DNA of 61,383 nucleotides, from assembly GCA_030041115.1 (NCBI GenBank), contig JASHOM010000097.1, positions 1 to 61,383 of the forward strand, given 5' to 3'. The DNA comes from Vulcanimicrobiota bacterium. Its GTDB lineage: Bacteria; Vulcanimicrobiota; Vulcanimicrobiia; Vulcanimicrobiales; Vulcanimicrobiaceae. Of this stretch, positions 1-10,029 are shown piece after piece. The translations under genes were made by a program, and so were the position numbers. Positions within the stretch are counted from its first letter, which is position 1. Every line of letters starts with the position of its first letter. The notes beneath the pieces were generated by a model. It saw nothing but the letters and a program-made list of their open reading frames with translations. It searched no databases and was not told where the DNA came from.

Positions 1-1174
1 ATCGGCTTAGGCGTTACGAGCGTGCGAAGGAAGTTCCCAAGGTTGTACGCCAGCGCATGCAATTGAAGCCGGACCGCGTTGGCGTTGAATGTGCGACACG
101 AAAGCCTCGTCCACTTGATCGCCCCCTTGCCTTCCTTGATCCACTGTTCGCAGGTGCCCCGCTGGTTGTAGAAGCCGACGACATTCTGCGATCCGTACCG
201 CAGGTTCGTGACGATAAAGCCGACGCGAGCGAACAACTCGCCAGGATGCCACTCGACTTTGGCGACGATGCGGCGGGGATGGGACCAGCTCGCCGCCTGG
301 TAGCGGAAGCTGCGGTAGAACCGCCGCACGTAGTGCGCGGGTCGCCCGACCGGTCGTTTGAGCAAGTCGCTGATACGCTCTTGGAGAATCTGGTTTGCGG
401 GTAGGCGGATCGCGTACTCGATCCCCTCGGATTCCAAGAACTCGTACATATTCGGCTGAGCGAAAGCAGCGTCGCCTCGAAAGGCAATCCGTTTCACCGT
501 TCCTCGGTAGCGCGCAATCACCGGCTTGAGTACCTGCTCCCAGCCGTCGGCGCTGTGAACGTTGCCGGGACGAAGCGCGCAGCGCTCAAGATCGCCGAAC
601 TGGTTGAAGACGAAAAGTGGATGGTAGCACGTGCAGCCGAAATGACCGTTCCAGACACTTTGCTCCTGTTCGCCATGAGTTGGGCTCACGCTGGAGTCCG
701 TATCCAGGACGATCTCCTCGGATGACCGGTGCCTGCGAACGCAGTCGATCCACCGGCCGGATAGATCGGCAAGGGCGTGAAGTTTTCAGGCGCTGCGAGC
801 CAGCGCGTTTCAAACCGACCCATCTGGCTCGGCGATCCTGCGCGGTCTTTAGCCGCCTTATCGCCGACGATCCAGCGCATCGCCGGATCGTGGCGTAGGC
901 GTTCGGCGTCGTTCACATCCTCATGTCCCGCGAGACGGCCGAACACGGACTGACGCAACATGCCAACCAATGCATGACGACCGTTCTTGCCGGTACGTGC
1001 ATCTGCGAGCGCCTCGCAAGCGGTCGCGCTCAGCCCGAGCGCGTCGTCGAGTTCGCGACACGCGAGGAGACCCGCATCGGATGTTACAACTGAACCGCGA
1101 AACTGCATGGTCACTCGGCGATCAAAATCCACGCGAAGAGTATCATTTTCCGCTTCACCCGCCGGGTTCGTCAT
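1..1174 (-). mobile_element. IS1380-family DDE transposase gene, 3' end cut by window edge, apparent frameshift near 770-780 (pseudogene or sequencing error)
   Basis: ORF 686-1174 gives MTNPAGEAENDTLRVDFDRR...TSDAGLLACRELDDALGL...SQMGRFETRWLAA. A second minus frame continues LADLSGRWIDCV...IVLDTDSSVSPTHGEQEQSVWNGHFGCTCYHPLFVFNQFGDLERCALRPGNVHSADGW...EGIEYAIRLPANQ...GTCEQWIKEGK. This is the typical IS1380 transposase layout, and the frame is still open at base 1. Confidence 0.75.
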
Positions 1175-1549
1175 GCTAGCCGTGATCGATCAAGCAAAAC
1201 GTACTGCTATTATAGCGAAATCTCGGCGAAACTGCAGCAACTTTCACGCATCCATCTGGCGAATGCGGGTTTAATAAAGAAGGGCTACGCGGCAACGGGG
1301 CGGACGCAACTCCGCGAGGGCTACGCCGCATCCCCGGCACCTCAAGCACAACCAAACACGCCCACTCCCACCACAGACCGCGCTGTTTCTGCCTTAAGGC
1401 GACCGCCGGTGTGCCCCCGGGTATACGTCGATTCGCGCTATAGCCGCCGAAAGCCGCGCTTGCGACCCGGTTGGGCGCAGTAACGATAAACTGCCCGACG
1501 CATTCGGCGGCTACGGTCCGGCGCACCCCGCGAGCAAAGATGCAGCGGC

Positions 1550-3112
1550 CTAGTCAGTGTCGGGTGGAAGCCCGGACGGCTTCTGATGGAGAAAGAACGA
1601 CGCTCGATACTTTGCGGCGATGGTCTGAAATGGCCGCGGCGTTTGGCTGTAGTTGAAAGCGTTGCCGATGCTTGTCGCCCGCGCATCCTCCTGACCAAGT
1701 GTTTTCAACCCCCAGTTATCCTCGATAAACCTCAAGACGCTAGCCGTTTCGTACTGCGTGTCGTCGACTTGGGGCTGAACGTAGGGCGAGATGATGATCA
1801 TCGGAAAACGGAAGCCCAGTCCGCCCTGGTCATCGTACAGCGGCGGAGATACGTGGTCGTAGAAGCCGCCAAAGTCGTCCCAGAGCACGACGATCGCGCA
1901 GCTCTTCCAGTACTTGCTCGTGCCGATCGCATTTACGAGCGACGCGACCCACGAGGGGCCGTGATCAGCGGGCTCCGCCGGATGATCTGAGTTATTGGCG
2001 TCGGGAGTAACCCACACGACATGAGCCAAGCGTCCGGCTTGGATGTCTGCAAAGATTTTCGTGTCTTTGAACGTAACCTTCGTTCCCCACTCTTTGCCGT
2101 AGCGAACGTTCGCAATGGCGTCGAACGCGCTCCAAATGCCGGCGCCACCCGCCTTACCGTTATACCACGGATAGACCTTGACGGCGTAAAACTTCCACGA
2201 GATGTCGGCTGCGTCGAGCTCGTCGCGGATCGTGCCATTCGCATAGCTCGCGGCTTGGCCCGCGCCGAGACAAGGAAACGGGCCCTTGTAGCCGAGATAT
2301 TGACCGTAAATCGTCAGCAGGTTCGTGACAGTGCCCTCAACCGGCGGACTCGCATATGGATTCGGCGTGCGCGCGTCGCAGCCCCAAGGAAAATAGCTCG
2401 GGTCATCGATGATGCTTTCCTTTGAGTACTGCGTCCCGCTGATCGCCGTGCCGCCGGCGATCAACGCCTGGTGCGCCGTGAAGCTTTCGCTGCCTTGGGT
2501 TTGAAAGGCGTTATCGGCCAAGACGTACTGCTTCGCCATAGCCCAGTAGGGCGCAATGTCCGATGGATTCACGTACTGATAGGTATACGTGCACGTCGGG
2601 TGGCCGCTCTTACTGCCGGATCCGGTAGCTCCGCTGTACGAGTTGTCGAATCCGTCCATCTTGCAGGGATTCGATGCGTTCGGCGCGCCCGACGCCGAGT
2701 CGCAATCCACCAAATATCCGTGTCGATAATCGTGCGCTAGATCCTGGTTGGCGTCCCAGTTGTTGGGAAAACCGTCGCCCTTGAGGCTGACTTCCGTCAG
2801 CGGAACGGTCGTTGGGTACGTGATGACGGGTTGGCCGTTGTCCTTGCATGCGCCGGCAACGGGAGATGACATCGGCTCGGCTTCCCCAACCGTTGTTCCG
2901 TTCGCTCCCGGAAACGTAGCGAAGAAATCGTCAAAGCTGCGATTTTCCTGAATGATGACCACGATGTGAGATATTGGCGTGCTCGCCGAACGATGCGAAC
3001 CGTTAGCTCCGGCCGGTACGCCGTTTGAGCTTCCTGCGAACGTGTTGCAGGCGACGATGCTACCGCCGGCTACGATCAAGAAAAACGCCGTTTCGAGGAT
3101 CCGATACCGCAT
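1550..3112 (-). CDS. Phosphoesterase-family protein (phospholipase C / acid phosphatase AcpA-like), probable lipoprotein
   Basis: Motif [23 protein letters not shown] and overall PF04185-like sequence. The internal ATG at 3112 gives the signal/lipobox [22 protein letters not shown]. The longer ORF to 3205 is probably a 5' over-extension. Confidence 0.75.
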   Translation of the reverse strand: MRYRILETAFFLIVAGGSIVACNTFAGSSNGVPAGANGSHRSASTPISHIVVIIQENRSFDDFFATFPGANGTTVGEAEPMSSPVAGACKDNGQPVITYPTTVPLTEVSLKGDGFPNNWDANQDLAHDYRHGYLVDCDSASGAPNASNPCKMDGFDNSYSGATGSGSKSGHPTCTYTYQYVNPSDIAPYWAMAKQYVLADNAFQTQGSESFTAHQALIAGGTAISGTQYSKESIIDDPSYFPWGCDARTPNPYASPPVEGTVTNLLTIYGQYLGYKGPFPCLGAGQAASYANGTIRDELDAADISWKFYAVKVYPWYNGKAGGAGIWSAFDAIANVRYGKEWGTKVTFKDTKIFADIQAGRLAHVVWVTPDANNSDHPAEPADHGPSWVASLVNAIGTSKYWKSCAIVVLWDDFGGFYDHVSPPLYDDQGGLGFRFPMIIISPYVQPQVDDTQYETASVLRFIEDNWGLKTLGQEDARATSIGNAFNYSQTPRPFQTIAAKYRASFFLHQKPSGLPPDTD

Positions 3113-3186
3113 GCACGCACCTCTCAGTGGGACGTGCGCTTGAACCAAACCGGAGGGAATCCCTGCAGCGCGCACGATACTAACGA

Positions 3187-3657
3187 ATGATGCGCGTTGC
3201 GGCACGAGTCTTGGTCATTCTGGCGAGCGTCAGCGCAGCGGCGTGGAGCGTCGCCGCGGCCCAAGAGCCCGCGCCCATTCGATCGTTCGCGGCATTCGGC
3301 ACGACGATCTATTATCGTTACGCGTGCGCCGGCGACGTTTTCGCGCTCAGCCTCGGCGCGCAAAGTCAGGCGCTAGCCGGCGAGGCGTCGCTCTATTGGG
3401 AAATCTGGGACTCCGGCGCGGTCGCATCGGGCCAAGTCGAGCCCGTCGCGGGTCTGAACACCCTGCGCGTTACGGCCGTTGGTGCGCCGCTGCGCGGCGG
3501 CTTTCCCGAAGGTAGCCTGATCACGACCGTTCCTCGCACGTGCGCCGGACAAAGCCTCTATCTTTGGGCGGCGAGCGGCGCGACGCGGCTTCCCGACGGA
3601 AGCCCGGTCGTGCCGTTTGCAAACGCCGCCGAGCTGCCCTTGACGCTCCCGAAATGA
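3187..3657 (+). CDS. Hypothetical secreted protein
   Basis: 156-aa ORF with N-terminal signal-like [28 protein letters not shown]. No recognisable family. Confidence 0.45.
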   Translation: MMRVAARVLVILASVSAAAWSVAAAQEPAPIRSFAAFGTTIYYRYACAGDVFALSLGAQSQALAGEASLYWEIWDSGAVASGQVEPVAGLNTLRVTAVGAPLRGGFPEGSLITTVPRTCAGQSLYLWAASGATRLPDGSPVVPFANAAELPLTLPK

Positions 3658-3667
3658 GCGTCGCCGG

Positions 3668-4285
3668 TCAAGAGTCGGGCAAAAGCTCCCGCATCGCCTC
3701 CGCACATTCGCGGTCGGTTTGATCGCTCGACTCGCGAAGCCGCCGGATCACGCGCAGTCGATCGGCAAGGCTGCGATTCTGACTCAGCTTTGCCTTAGCG
3801 TCGATTGCCTCGGCTCGAAGTTCGAATCCGACGATCGCGCGCAACTGCGTTGCCCGATAATCCGGCTCGAGCCGGTCGGGGTTCCAACCCTCGGGCCGTG
3901 AGGCTTCGAGCTTCGTGCTGAGCCGTTTGACCGCCGTCCAGGCATCGTGCTCGCGCAACCGTCCCCGAACGTGCAGCGCCGCGTAGTTCCACGTCGGCAC
4001 CGTCGCGTACGGCTCCTCGTACCACGACGCCGAGACGTAGGCATGAGGCCCCTCGAAGACGATCGTTGCCGGAGCCTGCGCGATGATGGCGCGCGCATGC
4101 GGATTCGCGCGGGCGACGTGACCGACGATCCAGAGGCCGTCCTCGCGTTCCTGTGCGACAAGCGGAAGATGCGAGATTCGGGGATACTCGCCGTCGACCG
4201 TCACGAGCAATCCGAACGGATGCTTCTCGATCAGATCGAGCAGCCAGGCGCGGTCTTCGACCTCGAAGGATGCCGGTATGTACAT
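3668..4285 (-). CDS. PaiB-family FMN-binding negative transcriptional regulator
   Basis: From ATG 4285: MYIPASFEVEDRAWLLDLIEKHPFGLLVTV...GHVARANPHA...AKAKLSQNRS, typical PaiB/PF04299. The 466-aa ORF in the track is an Arg-rich 5' over-extension. Confidence 0.8.
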   Translation of the reverse strand: MYIPASFEVEDRAWLLDLIEKHPFGLLVTVDGEYPRISHLPLVAQEREDGLWIVGHVARANPHARAIIAQAPATIVFEGPHAYVSASWYEEPYATVPTWNYAALHVRGRLREHDAWTAVKRLSTKLEASRPEGWNPDRLEPDYRATQLRAIVGFELRAEAIDAKAKLSQNRSLADRLRVIRRLRESSDQTDRECAEAMRELLPDS

Positions 4286-4296
4286 CGCTTCTTCTC

Positions 4297-5151
4297 CTAC
4301 GGAGATGCCTCGGGTAAAGCGACCCGATCGAGCGCCGCTCGCTCGCGATCGTTCAACGACAGCCGCTCGGCCGCGACGTTCTCTTCCAGATGCCGCAACG
4401 ACGACGTTCCGGGAATCGGGAGCAGCGCGCAGGAGTGGCCGAGCAGCCACGCCAGCCCGACTTGCCAGATCGTTGCACCGTGCGCCTTCGCGACCGGGGC
4501 CAACGCATCGAGCGTGACGAGATCCCCACCGTCGAGCGGAAAGTAGGGAATGAACGCGATGCCGGCCCGTTCGCAATGCTTCAGCACCGGCTCGCTGTGG
4601 CGGCTGCCGACGTTGTAGTTGTTCTGCACCGACGCGATCTCCACGATCCGTTGCGCGCGGACGAGCTGATCGAGATCGACGTTGGAGAGACCGGCGAAAC
4701 GAATCTTGCCCGCATCGCGCAGCGTACGCAGCGCACCCACTTGCTCTTCGAACGGAATCCCGGGATCCACGGCGTGCAGTTGATAGAGGTCGATGCGATC
4801 GACTCTCAGGCGCCGCAGGCTTCCTTCGCAGGCCGCCACGAGATGCTCCGGCCTTCCGTCGCGTCCCCATTGACCGGGCCCCCCGCGCGTCGAGCCGCCT
4901 TTCGTCGCGACGATCAGATCCGCGGGATACGGATGCAGTGCCCGCGCGATCTGCTCTTCGTTGACGCCGGGTCCGTAGGAATCGGCCGTATCGATGAACC
5001 TCACACCCAGCTCCACCGCCCGGCGCAAGACGCGCAACGCGTTTTCTCGATCTGCGGGCCAGTCCCAAATACCGGGACCGCAGAGTCGCATTGCGCCGAA
5101 ACCGAGCCGCTTGACCGTCACCGCGTTCCCGATCGCGATCGTCGCACTCAC
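4297..5151 (-). CDS. Aldo/keto reductase
   Basis: LGFGAMRLCG...ALRVLRRAVELGVRFIDTADSYGPGVNEEQIARAL...LYQLHAVDP. The start is set at GTG 5151 because an intrinsic terminator (5173-5206) lies inside the longer ORF to 5193. Confidence 0.8.
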   Translation of the reverse strand: MSATIAIGNAVTVKRLGFGAMRLCGPGIWDWPADRENALRVLRRAVELGVRFIDTADSYGPGVNEEQIARALHPYPADLIVATKGGSTRGGPGQWGRDGRPEHLVAACEGSLRRLRVDRIDLYQLHAVDPGIPFEEQVGALRTLRDAGKIRFAGLSNVDLDQLVRAQRIVEIASVQNNYNVGSRHSEPVLKHCERAGIAFIPYFPLDGGDLVTLDALAPVAKAHGATIWQVGLAWLLGHSCALLPIPGTSSLRHLEENVAAERLSLNDRERAALDRVALPEASP

Positions 5152-5172
5152 CGTGACGCCTTCGTCGCTCTC

Positions 5173-5206
5173 AAAAAAAAGACCGCCCGGCAAGCACCGG
5201 GCGGTC
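5173..5206 (-). terminator. Rho-independent terminator downstream of the phasin-like gene
   Basis: Minus strand reads GACCGCCCGG-TGCTTG-CCGGGCGGTC (10-bp perfect stem) followed by T8 (plus-strand A8 at 5173-5180). Confidence 0.8.
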
Positions 5207-5247
5207 TCTCGATAGAGGGCTTTTGTGAACTACGCGGTGACGAAAGT

Positions 5248-5580
5248 TTACTTGGTCTGAGGCTTGTTCGCGACGGCGGCTGCCGACTTGAAGTTCGCTT
5301 CGGTCTGCTTCTGCGCTTCGACGAGCATCTCGGCGATGCGCAGCGTGAAGGCCTTGCGCAGCTCGAGCAGCTGGCCGGCGAAACCGAACGACATCTCGAC
5401 GAGCTGCGTCGGCGACGGCATGTTCTCGAACGAGGGCATGCTGCCCGGCTTCTCGCCGAGCTCCTTGGTGAACTCGCGGAAGGAGCTCATCGCTTTGAGG
5501 CTTGCGTTCTGCGTCTCTTTGAGCGCCTCGAGCCCCTCTTGCTGAAACTTGTTCATGTACTCTGCGACATTGACGGCCAT
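5248..5580 (-). CDS. Putative phasin / PHA-granule-associated protein (context-based call)
   Basis: 110-aa helical, Ala/Glu/Lys-rich protein from ATG 5580, preceded by GAGGAGA. It lies directly downstream of phaC and the XRE regulator. No strong motif was recognised. Confidence 0.45.
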   Translation of the reverse strand: MAVNVAEYMNKFQQEGLEALKETQNASLKAMSSFREFTKELGEKPGSMPSFENMPSPTQLVEMSFGFAGQLLELRKAFTLRIAEMLVEAQKQTEANFKSAAAVANKPQTK

Positions 5581-5699
5581 GGTTTGGAAAGGTCTCCTCT
5601 CGACGTTTGGAATCTGTGCGCTAAGTATACCAAGCATCTGCTGCGCCTGTCAACCCTCCCGGAGAAAGGCAGCCGCTATAGAGCCTAGCGCATGCTTGC

Positions 5700-6071
5700 T
5701 TATTCCCGGCCGATGAAGCTGCGGTAGATCCGGATGATCGCTTCTTTTTGGTCGACGCTCAGCCGAGGGTCGAGCTTGACCGCGTGCTCGACGCCGTGGT
5801 GGCTCTCGTCCCGGGTCTCTGAGTCGTCGAGCAGCCCGGCCTGCGCGTACATCGACTCCGCCGAGATGTGCAGCGCGTTGGCGATGCTCTTGAGGACGTC
5901 GGCTGACGGCTTGTAAAGCCCCCGTTCCACTTGGCTCAGATAGGGATTGGAAATTTTCGCAATCTCCGCGAGCTGACGCATCGATAGGTTCGCGAGCTCC
6001 CGTTGGCCGCGAATGAACTCCCCGAGGCTGCGCCAGGCACCGCTCGCGACCTCCTTCTCCTCGTCGCTCAT
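5700..6071 (-). CDS. XRE-family helix-turn-helix transcriptional regulator
   Basis: MSDEEKEVASGAWRSLGEFIRGQRELANLSMRQLAEIAKISNPYLSQVERGLYKPSADVLKSIANAL is a classic HTH_3 motif. Its ATG overlaps the phaC stop (ATGA at 6068-6071). Confidence 0.8.
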   Translation of the reverse strand: MSDEEKEVASGAWRSLGEFIRGQRELANLSMRQLAEIAKISNPYLSQVERGLYKPSADVLKSIANALHISAESMYAQAGLLDDSETRDESHHGVEHAVKLDPRLSVDQKEAIIRIYRSFIGRE

Positions 6072-7777
6072 GCCGGGACCTCGATCGAGCCCTCGCGCAC
6101 GTACCGGCCCGGGGCGGGTTCGCCTTGCGGCATCGGATATGGCTCGCGCATCGGGCCGCCGTGCTGCTGCGCCCACCGCGCCCAGTCTTCCCACCACGAG
6201 CCGCTGTGACGATCGGCGGTCTCCAGCCACTCCTGCGCACTTTCTCCGTGGCGCGCGAGCGGCTTGACGTAATGCCACGTCTTCTTCGCGCCCGGCGGAT
6301 TTACGATTCCGGCGATGTGCCCCGAGTTGGTCAGCACGTACTTCGACTCGCCGCCGACGTGCTGCGTCGTCAGATATGTCGCCTGCCACTGCGCGATGTG
6401 ATCGTTCTCGGCGCCGAGCACGTACAGCGGGGTCATGATCTTACCGAGGTCGATCGGAGTGTCGCCGATCGAAAAGGCGCCGGGCTTCACGATCGCATTG
6501 TGGAGATAGCATGCGCGCAGATACTCCGAGTGCATCTCGACGGGCATGCGGGTCGAATCGTTGTTCCAGGCCAGAATGTCGAACGCCGGCGGCTGCTTCC
6601 CTTTGAACCAATTGTTGACGACGTAGCCCCAGATCAAATCGCTCGAGCGCATCCAGTCGAACGTGCGGGCCATCTCCGCGGGATCCAGATAGCCGCGTTC
6701 GCGCATGCGCGATTCGAGCCGGGCGATCGTGTCCTCGTCGGTGAAGACGCCCAGATCGCCCGGGATGCTGAAATCCACGAGCGTATTCGTCAGCGCCGCC
6801 GAGGCAATGCGCTCGCCCTGCCCGTGGGCGGCCAAATACGCCATCGCAATCACCGCCAAGGTCCCACCCAAGCAGAGTGCGGCGACGTTCACCCGCGGCG
6901 CGCCGGTGATCTCCTGCACCGCGTCGAGCGCCGCCAGGACGCCCTCGCGCAGATAGTCGTCCATGCTGTAGTGCGCCATCGATTCGCCGGGATTCCGGTA
7001 GGAAATCATAAACGTCTGATGCCCGTGCCCGACGGCCCACTCGACGAACGAACGTCCCGGCGCCAAGTCCATGATGTAGTACTTGTTGATCCACGGCGGG
7101 CTGCATAGAAGCGGCACGGCGTGAACCTGCGGGGTCTGCGGATCGTAAGCGATCAGCTCGATCAATTCGTTGCGCATTACCACGCGGCCGGGCGTCGCGG
7201 CGATGTTGACGCCCAGCTCGAATCCGGACTTGTCGACCTGGCGCGGATAGCCGCCGTTCTCTCGAACGTCGTCGAGGAAATTCTGCAAGCCGCGCACCAG
7301 GCTCATGCCGTCCGTTTCGGTCGCCTCTTTCACGACGCCGGGATTGAGCCAGGGCACGTTGCTCGGCGCAAAGGCATCGCACATGAGCTGCATCGCGAAA
7401 CGCGCTTTGCGCCGCGTCACTTCGGGAAGCCGCGATGCGTCGACGAGCTGCAGCGCGGCCTGCGTGCGTGCGCGGTAATCCTCAACGACGCCGGCCAGAA
7501 TGGGGTTGGTGCTCCATTCGGGCTCCGCGAAGCGCTTGTCGCCGTTAGCCGGTGCCGCGGCCTCTTGGCCGCTCAGCCTGCGCAACATGTTCAAGCCGAC
7601 GTTTTGCTCGGCGAGCGCGAAGCCGGCCAGCCAGGTGCTCATCCGCATCGGATCGGTCATGACGTCGGCGACGACCGCTCGCAGCGCGTCGCTCAGCGAC
7701 GCGGGATCGAGTCCGGTGACGTCGATGCCGTAGCCGAGTTCCTCGGGTGCCACGGTTACGTTCATTACATGTACCAT
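6068..7777 (-). CDS. phaC: Class I poly(R)-hydroxyalkanoate synthase
   Basis: 569 aa. Has the PhaC N-terminal domain pattern (FAPSNVPWLNPGV, LIELIAYDP, PPWINKYYIMDL) and the lipase-box variant AALCLGGT with catalytic Cys. Confidence 0.9.
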   Translation of the reverse strand: MVHVMNVTVAPEELGYGIDVTGLDPASLSDALRAVVADVMTDPMRMSTWLAGFALAEQNVGLNMLRRLSGQEAAAPANGDKRFAEPEWSTNPILAGVVEDYRARTQAALQLVDASRLPEVTRRKARFAMQLMCDAFAPSNVPWLNPGVVKEATETDGMSLVRGLQNFLDDVRENGGYPRQVDKSGFELGVNIAATPGRVVMRNELIELIAYDPQTPQVHAVPLLCSPPWINKYYIMDLAPGRSFVEWAVGHGHQTFMISYRNPGESMAHYSMDDYLREGVLAALDAVQEITGAPRVNVAALCLGGTLAVIAMAYLAAHGQGERIASAALTNTLVDFSIPGDLGVFTDEDTIARLESRMRERGYLDPAEMARTFDWMRSSDLIWGYVVNNWFKGKQPPAFDILAWNNDSTRMPVEMHSEYLRACYLHNAIVKPGAFSIGDTPIDLGKIMTPLYVLGAENDHIAQWQATYLTTQHVGGESKYVLTNSGHIAGIVNPPGAKKTWHYVKPLARHGESAQEWLETADRHSGSWWEDWARWAQQHGGPMREPYPMPQGEPAPGRYVREGSIEVPA

Positions 7778-8520
7778 CCGCCGTTGATGTTGTAGACCGC
7801 ACCGGTAATGTAGCCCGCCTTATCGTCGAGCAGGAACCGAACGAGCTGCGCTACCTCATCCGGCTTGCCGAGCCGCTGCTCGGGCGTCTGCGCGATTGCG
7901 CTCTCGATCGCTTGCACGGGCATCGATTTCGTCATGTCCGTGTCGATGAATCCCGGGGCGACGGCATTCACCGTGATCCCGCGCTTGGCCACCTCGCGCG
8001 CGACGGTTTTCGTCAAGCCGATCAGGCCGGCTTTGGCGGCCGCATAGTTCGCCTGTCCGAAGTTCCCGCTCACGCCGACGACCGAGCTGATGTTGACGAT
8101 TCGGCCGTAGCCTCGCTCCAGCATCGCGTCGAGCACGGCCTTGATCATGAAAAACGGCCCTGAAAGATTGACTTGCAGAACGGCCTCCCATTCGTCGATC
8201 GTCATCTTTCGGACCGTGTGATCGCGGGTGATTCCCGCGTTGTTGACGAGAAAATCGATGCGGCCGTGCTCCTCGAGCACGGCGGCGACCGCCTCCCGGC
8301 AGCGCTCGTAAATGCCGACGTCGGTCTCGTAGAAGTGCAGGCGCGGTGCGGCGCCGTTGAGCCTCGACGCCAGGTGCTGGGCTCGGGCCCGGTCCTCGGG
8401 TAAGCCGAGAATCGCGACGGTCCCCCCCTCCTTGGCGAGCAAGCTGCTGATTGCGCCCCCGATGCCGCGCGAGCCTCCGGTAACTATTCCAACGCGTCCA
8501 TGAAACGGTAAACTATCCAC
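7765..8520 (-). CDS. SDR-family 3-oxoacyl/acetoacetyl-CoA reductase (PhaB/FabG-like)
   Basis: GRVGIVTGGSRGIGGAI...NNAGI...SSVVGVSGNFGQANYAAAKAG (TGxxxGxG, NNAG, YxxxK). Overlaps the phaC start region. Confidence 0.8.
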   Translation of the reverse strand: MDSLPFHGRVGIVTGGSRGIGGAISSLLAKEGGTVAILGLPEDRARAQHLASRLNGAAPRLHFYETDVGIYERCREAVAAVLEEHGRIDFLVNNAGITRDHTVRKMTIDEWEAVLQVNLSGPFFMIKAVLDAMLERGYGRIVNISSVVGVSGNFGQANYAAAKAGLIGLTKTVAREVAKRGITVNAVAPGFIDTDMTKSMPVQAIESAIAQTPEQRLGKPDEVAQLVRFLLDDKAGYITGAVYNINGGWYM

Positions 8521-8573
8521 GCGCTAGATTTACCCAACGGCCGGCTCGACGCCTGCAGCCGGTCCCTCGTCGC

Positions 8574-9314
8574 CTACATATCCAAACCGCCGTTGATCGA
8601 ATAGACCGCTCCGGTTATATAGCTCGAGTCGTCCTCCAACAGGAATCGCACCACGCGCGCGACCTCCTCGGGGCGCCCTAAGCGGCGCTGCGGAATCTTC
8701 TCGACGACCTTGGAGAGGGCCGCCTCGGGAATCGCCGCGACCATTTCGGTCGCAACGAAGCCGGGAGCGACGCAGTTGACGGTGATGCCGCGCTGGGCCA
8801 TTTCGAGGGCCAGGCTCTTGGTAAAGCCGAACAGGCCGGCTTTCGACGCGGCATAGTTCGCCTGCCCGACGTTCCCGGTCTCCCCGATCACCGAGCTGAT
8901 GTTGATAATCCGGCCCGAGCCTCGTTCGATCATGTGCTCGAGCACCGCCTTGGTCATCTGAAATGCGCCCGAAAGGTTTACGTCGAGCACTTGGCGCCAG
9001 TCGTCCACGGTCATCTTGCGGACGGTCTTGTCGACGGTGATTCCGGCGTTGTTGATGAGATAGTCGATCCGCCCGAACCGGTCCATGACCTCTTTGACGA
9101 CCCGATTGCAATCAACGACGTCGTCGACGCGTCCCTGGTGAATCGAGACGGCCGCCCCCTTCTGGGACATCTGCCGCGCGAAGGTCTCCGCGCTCTCCCG
9201 GCCGCGGCTATATCCGGCCGCGACCGAGGCCCCGCTCTCGACCAGCGCCTGCGTGATCGCCGCGCCGATCCCGCGTGTCCCGCCCGTAACCAACGCCACT
9301 CGACCTTCGAACAC
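8574..9314 (-). CDS. SDR-family 3-oxoacyl/acetoacetyl-CoA reductase, second copy
   Basis: VFEGRVALVTGGTRGIGAAI...NNAGI...GQANYAASKAG. The start is placed at GTG 9314, preceded by GGAGGG. The ORF in the track extends to 9395. Confidence 0.75.
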   Translation of the reverse strand: MFEGRVALVTGGTRGIGAAITQALVESGASVAAGYSRGRESAETFARQMSQKGAAVSIHQGRVDDVVDCNRVVKEVMDRFGRIDYLINNAGITVDKTVRKMTVDDWRQVLDVNLSGAFQMTKAVLEHMIERGSGRIINISSVIGETGNVGQANYAASKAGLFGFTKSLALEMAQRGITVNCVAPGFVATEMVAAIPEAALSKVVEKIPQRRLGRPEEVARVVRFLLEDDSSYITGAVYSINGGLDM

Positions 9315-9401
9315 TGCCTTGCCCTCCGCGCCCGGAAAATTCGCGTTGCGCTCGAATTCCTCATTCTGCGAGCGCCGGCATCGGGGGTTCGGCACCTAAC
9401 G

Positions 9402-9881
9402 TTAGGGCTTTGTCGTCCATGTCGCGCTGGAGATCTTCCACGTGCCGTTCACGTTGCGAAACGTGTACGTTTGGGTTCCCAGCTCGGTGCGCGTCTTGCC
9501 GTCGGCGTTCGTTTCGGTGATCTGCAACGGCTGGATCACGTACGCGACGTCGCCGGCCGCTCGATACTCGGAGACGGAGAGCGCCGTGACGTGCAGCGCG
9601 GCGATCTTGCTTGCGGCGAGAATCTGTCCGACGGCCGTCCACCATTGCGCGCCGGCGTTCGCGCCCGTCCAGACGTAGGGCGCCAGTTCGTCGATCACGA
9701 CCGCGTCGTCGGTATAGAGACCCGAGAGTTTCGAAGGATCGTTGGCATTGGCGGCATCCACGACGGCCCGAGCCAAGGCCACGATCTGCGCCGGGGGTCG
9801 CGGCGTTCGCGGACTATCGGCGCCGGTCGCGGGCGCCGCTAAGAAACACAGCGCGACCACGATTCCGAGAAAAGTGCGCAT
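9402..9881 (-). CDS. Secreted NTF2/SnoaL-like fold protein (hypothetical)
   Basis: ATG 9881 gives the signal peptide MRTFLGIVVALCFLAAPATGA. ~135-aa mature protein with the pattern LYTDDAVVIDE...WKI, typical of DUF4440/SnoaL-like proteins. Confidence 0.45.
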   Translation of the reverse strand: MRTFLGIVVALCFLAAPATGADSPRTPRPPAQIVALARAVVDAANANDPSKLSGLYTDDAVVIDELAPYVWTGANAGAQWWTAVGQILAASKIAALHVTALSVSEYRAAGDVAYVIQPLQITETNADGKTRTELGTQTYTFRNVNGTWKISSATWTTKP

Positions 9882-10029
9882 CTTCCACTCCTTTCGAGCA
9901 AGGCTTCGTGCTCCGTGGCAACCAAGCGGCCTTCGATATTCCAACCCGCTCCAACTCCGTACCGCCATGGAATGCGCCGTCGCGGGCCGAACTGCGCAAG
10001 AGCACAACCCGTCCGACGGAGCAACAACC

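Noticed and set aside
1270-1340. Short direct repeat AGGGCTACGC(G/C)GC near the IS1380 upstream end as a possible terminal repeat or target duplication
   Set aside because: Only one IS end is inside the window, so the inverted repeat and target-site duplication cannot be defined. The repeat is short and GC-rich enough to be chance.
3668-5068. 466-aa ORF with a long Arg/Ala/Gly-rich N-terminal half fused to the PaiB domain
   Set aside because: The N-terminal ~260 aa overlap the aldo/keto reductase gene in another frame and have the Arg-rich composition typical of out-of-frame reading in high-GC DNA. A normal PaiB protein starts at ATG 4285.
4390-5688. 432-aa plus-strand ORF
   Set aside because: It is antisense to the aldo/keto reductase and phasin-like genes and runs through an intrinsic terminator. 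It is Arg-rich with no recognisable domain, so it is a high-GC shadow ORF.
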